A stretch of DNA of 64,000 nt from an uncultured Candidatus Saccharibacteria bacterium (lineage in GTDB: Bacteria; Patescibacteriota; Minisyncoccia; Phycocordibacterales; UBA918), in assembly GCA_964399295.1 (NCBI GenBank), contig CAYNQD010000001.1, forward strand, positions 399,672-463,671. The letters are read 5' to 3'. Both the position numbers and the translations under genes were made by a program. The notes beneath the pieces were generated by a model, which worked only from the letters and a program-made list of their open reading frames with translations, made no database searches and was not told the origin of the DNA. Below, piece after piece: positions 18,640 to 30,600 of this stretch; within the stretch, counting starts at the first letter, position 1; the number at the start of each line of letters is the position of its first letter.

Positions 18640-18668
18640 AAAAGAGCCCAGCAAAAACTAGGCTCTGT
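18640..18668 (-). terminator. Rho-independent terminator (minus strand) downstream of 18725..18976 ORF
   Basis: AGAGCC...GGCTCT hairpin with T-run on minus strand. Confidence 0.5.
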
Positions 18669-18724
18669 GTATAAATAAAGAAAAAGAAACAGTTTTTATT
18701 TTTCTTATTATTAAAGTAGAAAAC

Positions 18725-18976
18725 CTACTTTTTTTCTTCTGACGGAGGAGCAAAGATTTCCTCCACCAACTTCAAAACCATCTCCTTCATAAACTCTGCC
18801 GCTTCGTCTGGATGAACACCTAGATCTGCAGCCATGTTCTTAATTTCATTGCGGGTACCCATACACAGATGGATTCCTTCCTCGCGAAAAGCGGCGTAAG
18901 CCACTCTCAGCGCGATTTTACCTTTGCGTTCTTCTGTCATCATATTTTTCTTCTCCAAAAAAATTGTGTGAATCAA
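18725..18976 (-). CDS. Small hypothetical protein
   Basis: 83-aa ORF (MMTEERKGKIALRVAYAAF...), no motif. Confidence 0.4.
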   Translation of the reverse strand: MIHTIFLEKKNMMTEERKGKIALRVAYAAFREEGIHLCMGTRNEIKNMAADLGVHPDEAAEFMKEMVLKLVEEIFAPPSEEKK

Positions 18977-19058
18977 AAGTAATTCACTTTTCTCATAAAA
19001 ACATGAATTTATGTTAAAGTCAAAATTTAAATACTATTCTGATACAATATAAGCACCC

Positions 19059-21173
19059 ATGAATAAAACCAGACTATTTTACAAAAAAAGTGGCTTAGTT
19101 GGAGGTGTTTTATTTAAGTATAAATATTACCTATTAGGCACTCTGATTATAATATTTTCAATCTCCCTGTGGGCGGCCGCGAAAGAGGCTGACCGCCGGT
19201 ATCAGCCACTTCTCTCCGTGACTATCTTTGACAGAAACGGCGTTCCTCTCAGTATTAAAGAAAATAGTAAAGGTCATTACGTTAGCGCGATTGATGATGT
19301 GCCGGAAGATTTTAAGAAACTCCTCATTGTCAAAGAGGATGCGTATTTTTATTTTCATTTTGGAATAAATCCTTTCAGCAACGGGCGGGCGCTATATTCA
19401 TATCTTAAGAATAAGAGTGCCGGTGGTGCCAGTACCATCACGCAACAACTTTCCAAAAACCTCCTCGGCACCGAACTAGACAGAAATTTACCCAATAAAT
19501 GGCGTGAAGCTTTTTATGCTCTCGGTATTGAACTCTTTTACACCAAAGACGAAATCCTAACCATGTACGCCAATACCGCGTACCTTGGCAACCAAGTCCA
19601 AGGATTTGAAACCGGCAGTTATGCTTACTTTGGAAAAAGTTTGCAAGACACCACTCACAGTGAACAAATCGCTCTACTCGCCACCCTCTCCCAACCCAAC
19701 ATCCGCAATCCTTGGCAAGATAAAAACGCGGATTTTGCCGCCACTCTCAACCAAAGAATTTCACCAGAAGAAATTTTTGCAAAGCCGGAAACCACCAACA
19801 GCTACTCTTTTCAAAAAGAAGCTTTTTTTGAAATAAGAACGGCTGGTGTGATTTGTAAGCAAACTTGCCGCACCACTATTGATAACGACATAAGCGAACG
19901 TATCCGAGACATACTAAAAAGACATCTCGAAAGCGAGTGGGAGCGCGGCGCGAGAAATGGCGCAGTTGTAGTCATTGATCCAAAAACTTCTGAAATCCTG
20001 GCCTTGGTCGGAAGCAAAAATCCCAAGAGTACTGCCGGCGGCGATCAGATCAATATGGCTTTGGAGCCGCGCCCGATTGGTTCAACCATAAAACCTTTTA
20101 TATACCTTAAGGGGTTTGTGGACGACTTGCGCCCCTACACCCTCGTGGACGACCGAGAATATAAATATTCCATCGCCACCGGCTTTCCTCTCTATCCTAA
20201 AAATTATGATGGTCAATACCGTGGTGAAGTAACCCTGCACGAATCTCTGAGCAATAGCCTAAACGTACCTTCAGTGAAAGTATTGGAATTTATTGGCCTG
20301 CACAATTTCTACACTTTTCTCAGTGAAAAATTAAAATTCCAACCGCTACAAAATTATGACAGTTATCAGTATGGTATCGCGCTTGGCGGGCTGGAGATGG
20401 ATTTATTGACCCTGACGCATTACTTTACCATTTTCCCACGCCAGGGAACCATCGAGCCGATACGGATTCTTAAGGGTAATGCCGAGAATTATTCATTGCC
20501 TCCGCAGTCTGAAATAAAGAACCAGCAAATTGTAGCTGACAAAAAATTTGTACAGCTGGTTCACGCTATACTCCGCGACCGTCTCTCTGGCGTAAATCAA
20601 TTCGGTCTTAAAAGTACTCTCAACATTGAGGCTGGTGATTATGGAGTAAAAACCGGTACGTCGAGGGATTTTCATGACAGTTGGGTAGTAGGCTATACTG
20701 GCGATTTTGTGGTCGGAGTGTGGATTGGAAACACTGAAAACGAACCCTTAAAACAAGTCACCGGACAATCAGGAGCTGGAGCCGTGTGGCATGATGTCAT
20801 GAATATTTTACTCCAAACTCCAGACAACAAAAACACAACTTTACCGATTGATTCCCTAGCTCTGTTTCCAATCAAAAATTCAAATGAATGGGGATTGTTT
20901 GGTGATGACATTTCTGCTCACCGAAGGCTTCTACTTGATGAGAATATTATCCTGAGTCCGCACACGAATGATTCTTTTGAATTCTTTGCGGGCATGACTT
21001 TGCCTCTAATGGGAGCGCGGGCGGTGGAGTGGTTTGTGAATGGAAAGAGTCTGGGTAAAAAGCAAGCTACGGAATTCTCCCCTCAGACTACCGGCACCTA
21101 TGAAATCATGGCTACTGACGAAGAATCAAATACTCGTGAAATTATTAAAGTAAACATTACTGAGTCTCGGTGA
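19059..21173 (+). CDS. Class A penicillin-binding protein (GT51 transglycosylase + transpeptidase), PbpC/PBP1-like
   Basis: 704 aa; N-terminal TM; GT51 motif GGASTITQQL; transpeptidase SxxK (STIKPF), SxN (SLSNS), KTG (KTGTS); TGA stop. Confidence 0.9.
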   Translation: MNKTRLFYKKSGLVGGVLFKYKYYLLGTLIIIFSISLWAAAKEADRRYQPLLSVTIFDRNGVPLSIKENSKGHYVSAIDDVPEDFKKLLIVKEDAYFYFHFGINPFSNGRALYSYLKNKSAGGASTITQQLSKNLLGTELDRNLPNKWREAFYALGIELFYTKDEILTMYANTAYLGNQVQGFETGSYAYFGKSLQDTTHSEQIALLATLSQPNIRNPWQDKNADFAATLNQRISPEEIFAKPETTNSYSFQKEAFFEIRTAGVICKQTCRTTIDNDISERIRDILKRHLESEWERGARNGAVVVIDPKTSEILALVGSKNPKSTAGGDQINMALEPRPIGSTIKPFIYLKGFVDDLRPYTLVDDREYKYSIATGFPLYPKNYDGQYRGEVTLHESLSNSLNVPSVKVLEFIGLHNFYTFLSEKLKFQPLQNYDSYQYGIALGGLEMDLLTLTHYFTIFPRQGTIEPIRILKGNAENYSLPPQSEIKNQQIVADKKFVQLVHAILRDRLSGVNQFGLKSTLNIEAGDYGVKTGTSRDFHDSWVVGYTGDFVVGVWIGNTENEPLKQVTGQSGAGAVWHDVMNILLQTPDNKNTTLPIDSLALFPIKNSNEWGLFGDDISAHRRLLLDENIILSPHTNDSFEFFAGMTLPLMGARAVEWFVNGKSLGKKQATEFSPQTTGTYEIMATDEESNTREIIKVNITESR

Positions 21174-24100
21174 CAGTAATAATATCACCGGAAGTTCTAC
21201 CAAAAATTTCCGGAAAATAAAGTTCTTCGGCTCTGGCTGGCAGATGCTGGAACACACCCGGAACCAACGCTCGCAGATAGTACTCATATTCATACACACC
21301 GGGAGCAAGTCTTTCCATATAGAGAAATACCCTATCATCATGGGATTCAACGTGCGTGGGATAAAGCCTTCGCTTTCCTTTTGCGTAAGTACCGCCGGCG
21401 TTGGAAGCTCCATAAACCTGAGCGGTTTGGGAATTACTAAATATGTTTTTGACTGAAGCCAAGGCACTCACCACAAAACCCGAACTTCTGATAGACTGAT
21501 TAGCTCCATAGACTTCTGCCTGTTTTAATGATTGATCTTCAGTGCTTAAGTTGAAATTTACAATCTCAAATCCGGCCGGAATAAAATCCTCAATCGCTAC
21601 ATTTTTATACTCAGCCGGAATAGTGATGGTTAATTTTCCGCGAACAACATCCCCTACGGCCGCGGTCTTTATATTTTCCACACCACGCTCGCTACCTAGA
21701 GAGTGCAAGCTTCTGGTAATGGTAATACCTTCATCTCTTGGCGGCAACTCGTCTACCGGAAGATAATATTTGAGAGACATATCATAGTAGAGATTATTGG
21801 CCCGGCCATTTTTGTCCTCCTTCTCAAAAGCCAGTGGCAACAATTTCTCTTTCGGTAATTTATCAATGGAAATAAAGTGAGTGAAGGTTTCAAAAACAGT
21901 CTTGGGATTAAATTCAAAACCAAATATCTCCACCCCATCAAGCAAGCCGCGCAAAGTGAAATGTGATTCGGTTTCGTGTTGCCATTTCAGATAATCAACC
22001 AGCGCACTCACCACTACAAAGGTATTATGAGTACTGCCCCACACGCCTTTGTGGTCACGACTGGCTAAGAGCCAGCGAAGCATATTGGGCAAGGCTGCAT
22101 GCTCATCACTGTGAGCGGAAAACGCGGCCAAGGCAAGAGCGGTATTTTTAATCGGCGTTTCGTAGAAATCTCGGTTTGCATATTCAGCACTTGATAAATA
22201 AGCTCCACGACCATCAATATCAATGCGATTCTGAAATGCTTCATATACCCGATTACGCTCGCTACGGCTGTAGTCCTGCGCGGTCAAAATTGCGAGCTGC
22301 GCTAGCGCCATACTGCTGATTTTCTCATTCAGAAATGAATCGTCCTTAATGAGCGTAGCCACAATATCTGTAAGGGAGGTCTTTGTTTTGGGTGATACTT
22401 TTCTAAGAACCGCCTCCGCTAAAATCACGGCTTCATTATTTAGGGCAGGATACTGGGTGTATAAGCGCTTAGCTTCTGATTCAATATATCCAAGACCTCG
22501 ATTTAGCACATCTTCGCGCACTTCATATCCGGCCACCTTTAAATCATAAAGCGCTGACACCACGTGTATGGTGAGCGATAGATTGGCATTAAGTCCTTTG
22601 TAGTACGCAAAACCACCATTCACGGTTTGGGATTCATACACTTGCTTGAGACCATCAGCCACCACAGCGTCCACTGTGTATGTTACTCCTTCATGTTTGA
22701 TGGTATCAAATTCTCCGGCAACATTTGGTAGCATGAGCGCTTTGGTTAAAATTCCAATAGTACTAAGAGAGCTGGCCAATTGCTCACTGCAGCCATACGG
22801 ATACGTCACCATATACGAAAGAGCATCACTCATAAAAACAGCCATGGTAGCATTGGCGTTGATGGTAAGTCCACCTTCACCCGCCACCACAGTATCCGGC
22901 ACGTATAAATACTCGACCACAGTGTTGTCTTTTGTGGAATTGGCCGTGGCTACTGTTTCGTAAGTAGTATTGGGTGTTATGACAATAGACTGCTCGACAC
23001 TATCGACAAAAGTCTTGGCTTTATCGGCAGCCGTAAACGTAAACAGATGTTCTCCAGCTCTTTTGTCTTCAGGCGCTTCCACCGCAAAGTAAACGGTTTT
23101 TGATTCGCCGGAATTTATACGAATAGACTTAGAAGTACTTTCCTTGAAGCTGAGAGTTTGGCTTTCAAGGACAACAGTAATATCTCTATCTGTAGCCGTC
23201 TGATTGAACACTTTTGCTCCCAAAGAAAACTTATCTCCCGGCACCACAAAGCGAGGCTTGAGCGGTACGGCCATCAAGTCTTTTTTGGTGGTGAATTCTT
23301 GATAATCAACACCGAGCTTGGTGTCTTTTGTTACGCCGAGTGATTCTACTTGCCAGGTGGTTAGATTATCAGGCAAGGTGAAAGTAACGCTCGCCTCACC
23401 GTTTTGATTAGTTTCCACTGACGCTTCCCAAAAAGCTGTGTCCTTAAATATTCCCCGCTTTTTATTGGCCAAATCATCCGGCGCTCCTCCGCCGCCTTTA
23501 GTACCAAGCGGCACATCCACTTCATGAAGAATATTTTTGATGTTGCTAGCGGTAGAAACAGACAGTGGAAAATCGTTGTAGAAAAATATTAAAGGATTCT
23601 TCTTCGGATTTCCTTTCAGGGCCAACACTGAGAGATCAGCCACAGCAATCGAAACCTCAGCCGGAACCCCTTGTCCCAAGTGATTTTTGGTTTTAACGGT
23701 AAGCCTCACCTCTTCACCTGGCAAGTAGTGGGTTTTATTGGCCTTCACTTCCACAGAAAGTTCTTTTTCTTCCATGCCAATGCTGTAAGTCACACTTCCG
23801 TACTTCACTTCCGGATCAGGCGATAACAGTAAAACCGATACGTGCATATTGGGCGCGTAGCTGCTTTTAATTGGAAATCTGTGCGCATGAAGCCCGCCCA
23901 CGACATCGACAATCCAGTAATCGTACACAGTTCCTCGTTCTACCGAAATGAGAGCTTTTGCTTTTGGATAGGGAGACTTGATTAAAATTGAGGCCTCATC
24001 GCCAACATTCAAATCAGTTTTTTCAACCTCAATGTCAAGTTCGTAATTATTATTGGGTGGTACCGTCACTGACCCCGAACCGTAAATATACACGTTAGTA

Positions 24101-27100
24101 GTGGTTTTGAGGTTATTACCTCTGTTATCAGTACCGCCGACATGCACCTCATATTGACCTTCACCAGACAACACGAGGCTGCCATTCCAGTCGCCACGAT
24201 TGTCGGTCTTAATTTTTTCCCGACTTATTTCTGTCAGTTTTTTCTCAGACCGATAGTAAAACCCGCCATCAACTTCCTGCCGCTTGAAAGTTTCCCACTC
24301 GACTTTATAGAGAGTTTTTTCGAGGTTGTTTATTGATAGCGGTTTACCTTCCGTATCCACGGTCTTCACGCGCAGTGTATTGGCTGAATTAACACTAGTG
24401 TAATATTTGTCGGTTTTTACGCCCAAATAAAATTCCCCCTTATGAACGATAAAGGATTTCTGCAGAGAAACAGACCGGCCGTTGATATCTTTTGCCGTCA
24501 CAAAAACATTGATAAGCTTGCTGCCTTCATTTTCTACGTCATCAAAATAATCATTGAAATTTAATTCGCGCTCAATGGTGGCGTACCCATTTTCATTGAT
24601 TGTCGTTTCGCCTCTAAACAGGAAATTGTCGCCATACCCGCATGAGTAGCAATAGTACCACCCGCCACCGAAATTGAAGTAATCATCGGTGTAGCGATCA
24701 AAATAATAATCTTGCGCCGTCACGGAATACGAGATAGCCCCCTCATCAAGCGGAACACCGAAATAATAATCAGCCTGAATATCAATCTTAAAGGTGTCAC
24801 CATTTATGTACTCCTCTTTGTCGGTGATGGCTTCTACCTTGAAAGCGGCGGGAACATATTCTTCCACGTCAAAATAGAAACTCTGACCAAACACTTCAAT
24901 CCGGTAGGTTCCGAGAGGAGCTTCGCTTGGAATATCAAGCTTAGTTGAAAAAGTACCGTAAAGATTTTGCTCGAGATTTGTGTCGTAGATTCTAGCGCCT
25001 TGTGAATTAAAAACTTCCAAGGAAACTTTCTCCCGATTCCAGACTTCATACTCTCCATCAAAACCAACACGGTCAATACCTCTTATATGCACGGTATGCC
25101 CGGGGCGATAAATAGGCCTATCTGTGTAGACGTAAGTCTTGGAAGAGTCCTGTGCCTGACTAGCATAACGTAGTGTATCCGCCCAATCAGTAACAACAGC
25201 ACTATCAAGTCCTGATCTAATTACGGCACCGACCAACCCTTGATGAATCGCGGTACGCGCAATACCTTGACCATCGGTAACTCCGGAAGTCTTTTGTTCA
25301 AAACTGCGATTGTAGCCACCTGTGTATTGCGTCACCATCGCCCCCGCCACCGGCTGCAGAGTTTTACTATTATTCACCCAGTAGAGATTATTAGACGCGT
25401 TCAATTCTTTAGTCAAGACATTGGACTTGCTTGGGTTTTTGGAAATACTCCAAGCTTGGTCGGAATATTCAATTTCTTTTTTGCCTACCGCCAGATTGGT
25501 AACGCTTACATACGTCCGATCATGCAATTGACGCTTACCGCCGTATGATTCTTTGTACAGCGGATTGCTGAAAGTCAAAATATAATGCCCGCGCGTATCA
25601 GAAAAATATTCAGCCAGATTGACTTGAAAATAATTATTGACCCAGTACCTAGCCGGCAAAGGTAATTGTTTGCTTACCACCTCAGAGCAACCCTCACTAC
25701 TCGCCGGTGTGTACTGACTATCACGATCAACGGTTCGCTCCAAAAAAGTATCCGGACTCATTTTGCAAATATGCATGTCCACGTATTCCAGATTTTCAAC
25801 AGCGTAAGTGAGCTTGGTCTTGTCTGGCGAAGTCACGTTGTATTGCTGTTGCATGTTGTGGAAACGAGTATACTGCTCTTTTGGCGGACTGGTTTTAAAA
25901 GATAGTTGACTAGAAGCTAACTGCCCAAAAACATCACTCAGTTTTAACTGCAAACTATAATCTGTCTCCGGCAACAAACCATAAGACAATCTAGTTTCAA
26001 ATTCTCCCACTTGGCACCTGCTATATGTATTCTCCGATTCAATATAAGAAGAATTAGACCATCTTCCAAAAACTATGTAGCCGTCGGTTTGAACGTAAGA
26101 ACTCAAACCGGCATCTTCAGGATTTTGCAAAGGAGTATTGGAACAAATGGTCAAGCCGTCAATATCCGCGCTTTCTGATTGATTTTGCGGAAGGGTGCGG
26201 AGAATTTGAAATGGCGGATGGGTTTTGAGCGCGATATTTATTGGCTCGGCATTGATACGGAAACCGTCTTTTGTGAGAATCTTCTTTAGTTCAAGATTAA
26301 AGGATTCATTGGTAGAAAACGCGCTCTGCTCAAAAGAAAAAATCAAAGTCTTGGTGTCAGGCTCTTTTTCACAAGAAGACCCAAGCCTTATCGGTTCTCC
26401 CCTTTCATCAGTCCGACAGCGTTCTCCGTAAGAAACATTCTTTAGTCCTTTAGCTTCTATACTCGACTTATCTTTGTCGATAGTGTCAAAAAATACCACC
26501 TTGACTGTACCTCGCGGATCAATCAAATCCGGCCGCACCAATGAAGTGCGATTTGACTCCGCTGTAACACTATCAACGATATTGGGCACGGAAACAACAA
26601 AATTTTTCCCTTCTTCCAGATTCATCGTGCCAAGGAGCGGCACAGCGCCTGCCACCGAAACATTATAAGTAGTATCAAAATCCCACAGCTGGCTTCGCCC
26701 ATGCTTATCTTTTTTCTGGTAGACAAATAACTTGCTTTTGTCTCCAGTGGTGATATATTTGCGCGCATTTCTGTCGTAATAGGTAACTTCCCCATACCGA
26801 ACATCAACCGCCACCTTACCACCATCTTGTTTTGACACCGTGATATTTTTTTCAGTTTTACCAAGATCAACCGGCTGATTGAATGAAATAATTATGGGTG
26901 AACTATATCCCACTTTTTCCGTAGAGACATTTTCATATCGTAAAGGACGCGTAACGAAAGTGTGGGTCATAGAAGCGACCGGCAAACCATCAAGCGAATA
27001 AAGACCACTTTTCACTTCAACGGTATACTTTGAAGACGGTACAAGCGTAGTCTCGGGTACAAACTGCAAATTCCTAGTACTTATCCATTTAAATTTACCA

Positions 27101-27645
27101 GGTGTTGGCGGCGAGATGGTAATCGGTAATTCACTCATCTCCTGCTTGGCCAGAGTGGTAAGCGGAATCATTGGACGGTTGAAAACAATGGTGATTTCGC
27201 TATCTTCATGAGTCTCACTCTCTGCCGCCGGAAAGATGGTTTCAATTTTCGGGTCTTCATCGACATAAAAATCTCCCGACATTTTGACAGTCTCCGTGTC
27301 CATATTGACCGCGTAGTAGACCTTGGTCCGAAGCGGTTTTTTGGGTTTAAATAAAACCACCCCTTCCAGTTCTTCTACTTGCCAGTCGCCTTCAATCTCC
27401 GGACTAAAAGTGATGGCCGCGCGCGCAGTGTCTTCACTCACTCCCTTAGGGAGATTTATCTGAATAGCCGCGCTTTTAGAAATCTTTTCCGGAACAAAAG
27501 AATAGACATTTGTAAACTGCTTAACGGCAACATGCCTATCCGGTGTAATAAAAAATAATACCAATCCAACGACAAAAAATAACGCCAACAGAGAAAAAAG
27601 TGTCTTCTTGCGACTTAGGATTTCTAATATATGCTGTTTAGACAT
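21157..27645 (-). CDS. Bacterial alpha-2-macroglobulin family protein (thioester-containing, MG-domain protease inhibitor)
   Basis: 2162 aa; N-terminal membrane anchor; thioester motif YPYGCSEQLASSLS; long beta-rich MG-domain region; converges on and overlaps the PBP gene 3' end by 17 bp. Confidence 0.88.
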   Translation of the reverse strand: MSKQHILEILSRKKTLFSLLALFFVVGLVLFFITPDRHVAVKQFTNVYSFVPEKISKSAAIQINLPKGVSEDTARAAITFSPEIEGDWQVEELEGVVLFKPKKPLRTKVYYAVNMDTETVKMSGDFYVDEDPKIETIFPAAESETHEDSEITIVFNRPMIPLTTLAKQEMSELPITISPPTPGKFKWISTRNLQFVPETTLVPSSKYTVEVKSGLYSLDGLPVASMTHTFVTRPLRYENVSTEKVGYSSPIIISFNQPVDLGKTEKNITVSKQDGGKVAVDVRYGEVTYYDRNARKYITTGDKSKLFVYQKKDKHGRSQLWDFDTTYNVSVAGAVPLLGTMNLEEGKNFVVSVPNIVDSVTAESNRTSLVRPDLIDPRGTVKVVFFDTIDKDKSSIEAKGLKNVSYGERCRTDERGEPIRLGSSCEKEPDTKTLIFSFEQSAFSTNESFNLELKKILTKDGFRINAEPINIALKTHPPFQILRTLPQNQSESADIDGLTICSNTPLQNPEDAGLSSYVQTDGYIVFGRWSNSSYIESENTYSRCQVGEFETRLSYGLLPETDYSLQLKLSDVFGQLASSQLSFKTSPPKEQYTRFHNMQQQYNVTSPDKTKLTYAVENLEYVDMHICKMSPDTFLERTVDRDSQYTPASSEGCSEVVSKQLPLPARYWVNNYFQVNLAEYFSDTRGHYILTFSNPLYKESYGGKRQLHDRTYVSVTNLAVGKKEIEYSDQAWSISKNPSKSNVLTKELNASNNLYWVNNSKTLQPVAGAMVTQYTGGYNRSFEQKTSGVTDGQGIARTAIHQGLVGAVIRSGLDSAVVTDWADTLRYASQAQDSSKTYVYTDRPIYRPGHTVHIRGIDRVGFDGEYEVWNREKVSLEVFNSQGARIYDTNLEQNLYGTFSTKLDIPSEAPLGTYRIEVFGQSFYFDVEEYVPAAFKVEAITDKEEYINGDTFKIDIQADYYFGVPLDEGAISYSVTAQDYYFDRYTDDYFNFGGGWYYCYSCGYGDNFLFRGETTINENGYATIERELNFNDYFDDVENEGSKLINVFVTAKDINGRSVSLQKSFIVHKGEFYLGVKTDKYYTSVNSANTLRVKTVDTEGKPLSINNLEKTLYKVEWETFKRQEVDGGFYYRSEKKLTEISREKIKTDNRGDWNGSLVLSGEGQYEVHVGGTDNRGNNLKTTTNVYIYGSGSVTVPPNNNYELDIEVEKTDLNVGDEASILIKSPYPKAKALISVERGTVYDYWIVDVVGGLHAHRFPIKSSYAPNMHVSVLLLSPDPEVKYGSVTYSIGMEEKELSVEVKANKTHYLPGEEVRLTVKTKNHLGQGVPAEVSIAVADLSVLALKGNPKKNPLIFFYNDFPLSVSTASNIKNILHEVDVPLGTKGGGGAPDDLANKKRGIFKDTAFWEASVETNQNGEASVTFTLPDNLTTWQVESLGVTKDTKLGVDYQEFTTKKDLMAVPLKPRFVVPGDKFSLGAKVFNQTATDRDITVVLESQTLSFKESTSKSIRINSGESKTVYFAVEAPEDKRAGEHLFTFTAADKAKTFVDSVEQSIVITPNTTYETVATANSTKDNTVVEYLYVPDTVVAGEGGLTINANATMAVFMSDALSYMVTYPYGCSEQLASSLSTIGILTKALMLPNVAGEFDTIKHEGVTYTVDAVVADGLKQVYESQTVNGGFAYYKGLNANLSLTIHVVSALYDLKVAGYEVREDVLNRGLGYIESEAKRLYTQYPALNNEAVILAEAVLRKVSPKTKTSLTDIVATLIKDDSFLNEKISSMALAQLAILTAQDYSRSERNRVYEAFQNRIDIDGRGAYLSSAEYANRDFYETPIKNTALALAAFSAHSDEHAALPNMLRWLLASRDHKGVWGSTHNTFVVVSALVDYLKWQHETESHFTLRGLLDGVEIFGFEFNPKTVFETFTHFISIDKLPKEKLLPLAFEKEDKNGRANNLYYDMSLKYYLPVDELPPRDEGITITRSLHSLGSERGVENIKTAAVGDVVRGKLTITIPAEYKNVAIEDFIPAGFEIVNFNLSTEDQSLKQAEVYGANQSIRSSGFVVSALASVKNIFSNSQTAQVYGASNAGGTYAKGKRRLYPTHVESHDDRVFLYMERLAPGVYEYEYYLRALVPGVFQHLPARAEELYFPEIFGRTSGDIITVTETQ

Positions 27646-27650
27646 AGGTT

Positions 27651-30600
27651 TTAGTAATCAAACGTGCCCCGCCCATCAAGTTCCACCGCTGGAGTCTGAC
27701 ATCCTACAAGCATATTAAGGAACTTATTGGTTGTCTTGTATTTGTAGCCGGTGCCGGAGGTTAGACCCCACGGCTTGAGCATTGTGTCACTGAAAGTCTG
27801 CTGAAAATTCTTGAGTGAAATGTCGAGAGAATTGTCGAATGTATTATTGACAACCCCAGAGTAAAAACCGAGTTCGGTCAGGAGAGTTTTTGTCTTTACA
27901 ACTTCGGTAGACACGGGATTCTCGGTAAGGCTGTTGTGTTCGGTAAACGCTGGACAAGTTATGCTGGCGCTACAATAAAACGAATTAATCTTCATCAGCG
28001 TTGTACGGTATACATAGCCTGTGGGTTCGGCAACACCCCAAACATTTAGTACCTCACTGGCATATTTTTGCTGAAATCGCTTCACCGCTTCCATGTCCTC
28101 AAGAGAATACACACCATCAACTGCCAGTGCTTCTCCTTGCTTTTCATTGAGGAATGTTTCGAGTTTTCTTACGTCTTCCACATCATTATCAGCACCGTAA
28201 CGAATATACGTCTTTATGTGTGGCGCACATACACTATCAACGGCGACGGACTTGGTTGGAATAGGTTGGGTTGTGTCGGATTGCGCGATTTTATATTGAC
28301 AAAGCTCTTGCTTATGGCTGGTGAAATGGTTGTAGTTTGAAGCCTTGGGATCCTTGCAGCCGAAGGTAATTCCACTCATTCTTGTTGAAGATCGTCCGTT
28401 GGTTTCATTATTGTCCCCTGCCAGAGCCAAGCTATTGCCGAAAATTGCAAAAATTGAGAAGTGCGGAGCAGTACAAGTGATAGTATTCGTGGCAGTATTG
28501 ACTGAACAATTATCGAGCTCCTGCCACACACCGCCCGCGTAGTGATACATCGAAAGCGAATTTTCATCAAGACCATTCACGTCCGCGTCGGTATAAGTAT
28601 AAGAAATTGTAACGGGATGGTCGAAAGAATCGAGTTCCGTGACGTTATTTACCAGCGCCTTCACATCGAAGACAACACTAGCGGCGCTACTCAGACTGCT
28701 AAACGGTTTCCCGATAGAACCGAGTACAGTAGCAGAATCGAGTCCCTTGATTTGGATAACGATTGATGCCCAATCATCAGTAAAGCCCGCGGGTGCATCG
28801 ACAGTGAAGGCGCGTCCGCTGTTGGTTCCGGTCACTACCGTTGGTGCGCTTACATTGATACTGTTTGAGATTACAGAAGAAGGTACGGCACCGCCAGAGC
28901 AACCTGTGGTAAGGAAAGTTGACGGACTGGAAGTTGCGTAGTTGCCATCTTCGTCAGCTGAGATGACTTTAAAATTGTAGAGCGTGCAGGCAAGAAGATT
29001 CGAAATGGACTTTGAGTGTTCGAGCACGCCGGAATCCGTATCGGTTTCGCTTGTCGAAGACGCATACTGATTATCAGTCGAATACACAACTTTGGTAGAC
29101 GCAAGCTCATCTGTCAGCCAAGTAATCGTAGCTCCTGAGGTACCTGGAAAAGTTTCGATATCCGATATAACAGGGACAGCACCCACGCTGCCAATAGCAT
29201 TGAAAGTGACCGTATTACCAACACCATACAAGGTAGCTGTTACCACATGTTCCCCCAGGCTATTTAATGTCCATCCTCCGCTAAAAGTCGCGGTACCGGA
29301 ACTGTTGGTTTGCACAGTTGTAGGAGCACCAAGCAAACCGGTACCTGAAGTAATCGCAAATACAACATCCGCCCCAACAACATCATTACCTTCCTCGTCA
29401 GACACACGTACTACCAAATTATCATTGAGAGTTTGATTTAGTTCTGCCTGAAGAGTACTTGTCGGTGATACTTTAATCATGGACTCAGCGATATCGGGCT
29501 CTGCGTCTTCTAGTATATCAATGGTAAACACCGCCGTCGGACTAGTATACCCAGCATCCTCGATTGTAAGCTCAAACTCACGAACGGCTTCATTAGGTGC
29601 TGAATTGTAGTACTGCAGAGCGTTGAGCAAAGCTTCGTACTGCGCCCGAGTGTTTTTCCCAGCGCCATCCTTGGTAAAAGTGAGAGTCTTCACTGCGCCG
29701 GCCGTGCTGGACGCGTATTTCCATGGAACTCCAGCGAGCGAGAAAGTACCACCAGCCTTATTACTGAGCGAAATAGACATGTCAACACCGTCAATCAGGA
29801 GTCTCTCGCCGGGCTGAATGGAGGCAAGAGTATAATTGATTTTTAGGTTGTCGATAGTACCGCTCACGATAGGTGCCGGATCATTCAAAAATTCACCGGG
29901 GTTGCCAGGATTGGACAATCCTGTCGTCAAGGGAAAGATTTCTCCGTTTTCGCTAAAAGTAATTGGTTCTCCGGAGAATTCAATTGTCCTATCCTTTTCT
30001 CCCAAGGAAAGAGTTAATTCCGGAGTTCTTGTCATCTCAGGAGGACTCGCCCACTGCGGACCGAGAGCAAACTGCAGACCAAAGGTTGAAGCATTGCTAT
30101 AAGAACCCATACTAATCTCAAAAACGCTCAATTCGTCGTAAAGCACCCTCACGCGGAAACGGTCTCCAGCCGCGGTACCAGGTGCTTGATTGTTGTTTAG
30201 GTTGGTGAGAGAAACAAATGTTGTTAGTCCAGTCAGGGCATTGTAGCTGGGGTACAGTACGGACGGAGATTCATACGGATCTAAGGTACCCGTGCTTAGC
30301 TCACTCAACTGAAAGCCGCCAAACTCAGTAAACTGATTGACCGCCCCATCGGAAAATGTCGGCGGTGTAAAATTCAAAGTCGGATGCGAACCAGTTGGGG
30401 CCGTGCTGCCCGTACCGTCAATATCGAAGGAGTTGACCGCGACATTTTGAAGTCTCAGCGGCGTATCGTCAGCTTGATTGATAAAACTAAACTCAAGCTT
30501 GATGTGACCTCGCACATTTGAACCTCCACCAGACGCACCGGTGGTCAAAATAAACCAATTCGCCTGATTGGCGGCAGATACGCACTGATTTGGATTTCCA

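Noticed and set aside
21244-30102. Numerous 60-115-aa ORFs on both strands inside the A2M and surface-protein genes
   Set aside because: They are nested in or antisense to very long, motif-supported ORFs and show Pro/Ser/Thr-rich low-complexity translations typical of alternative frames.
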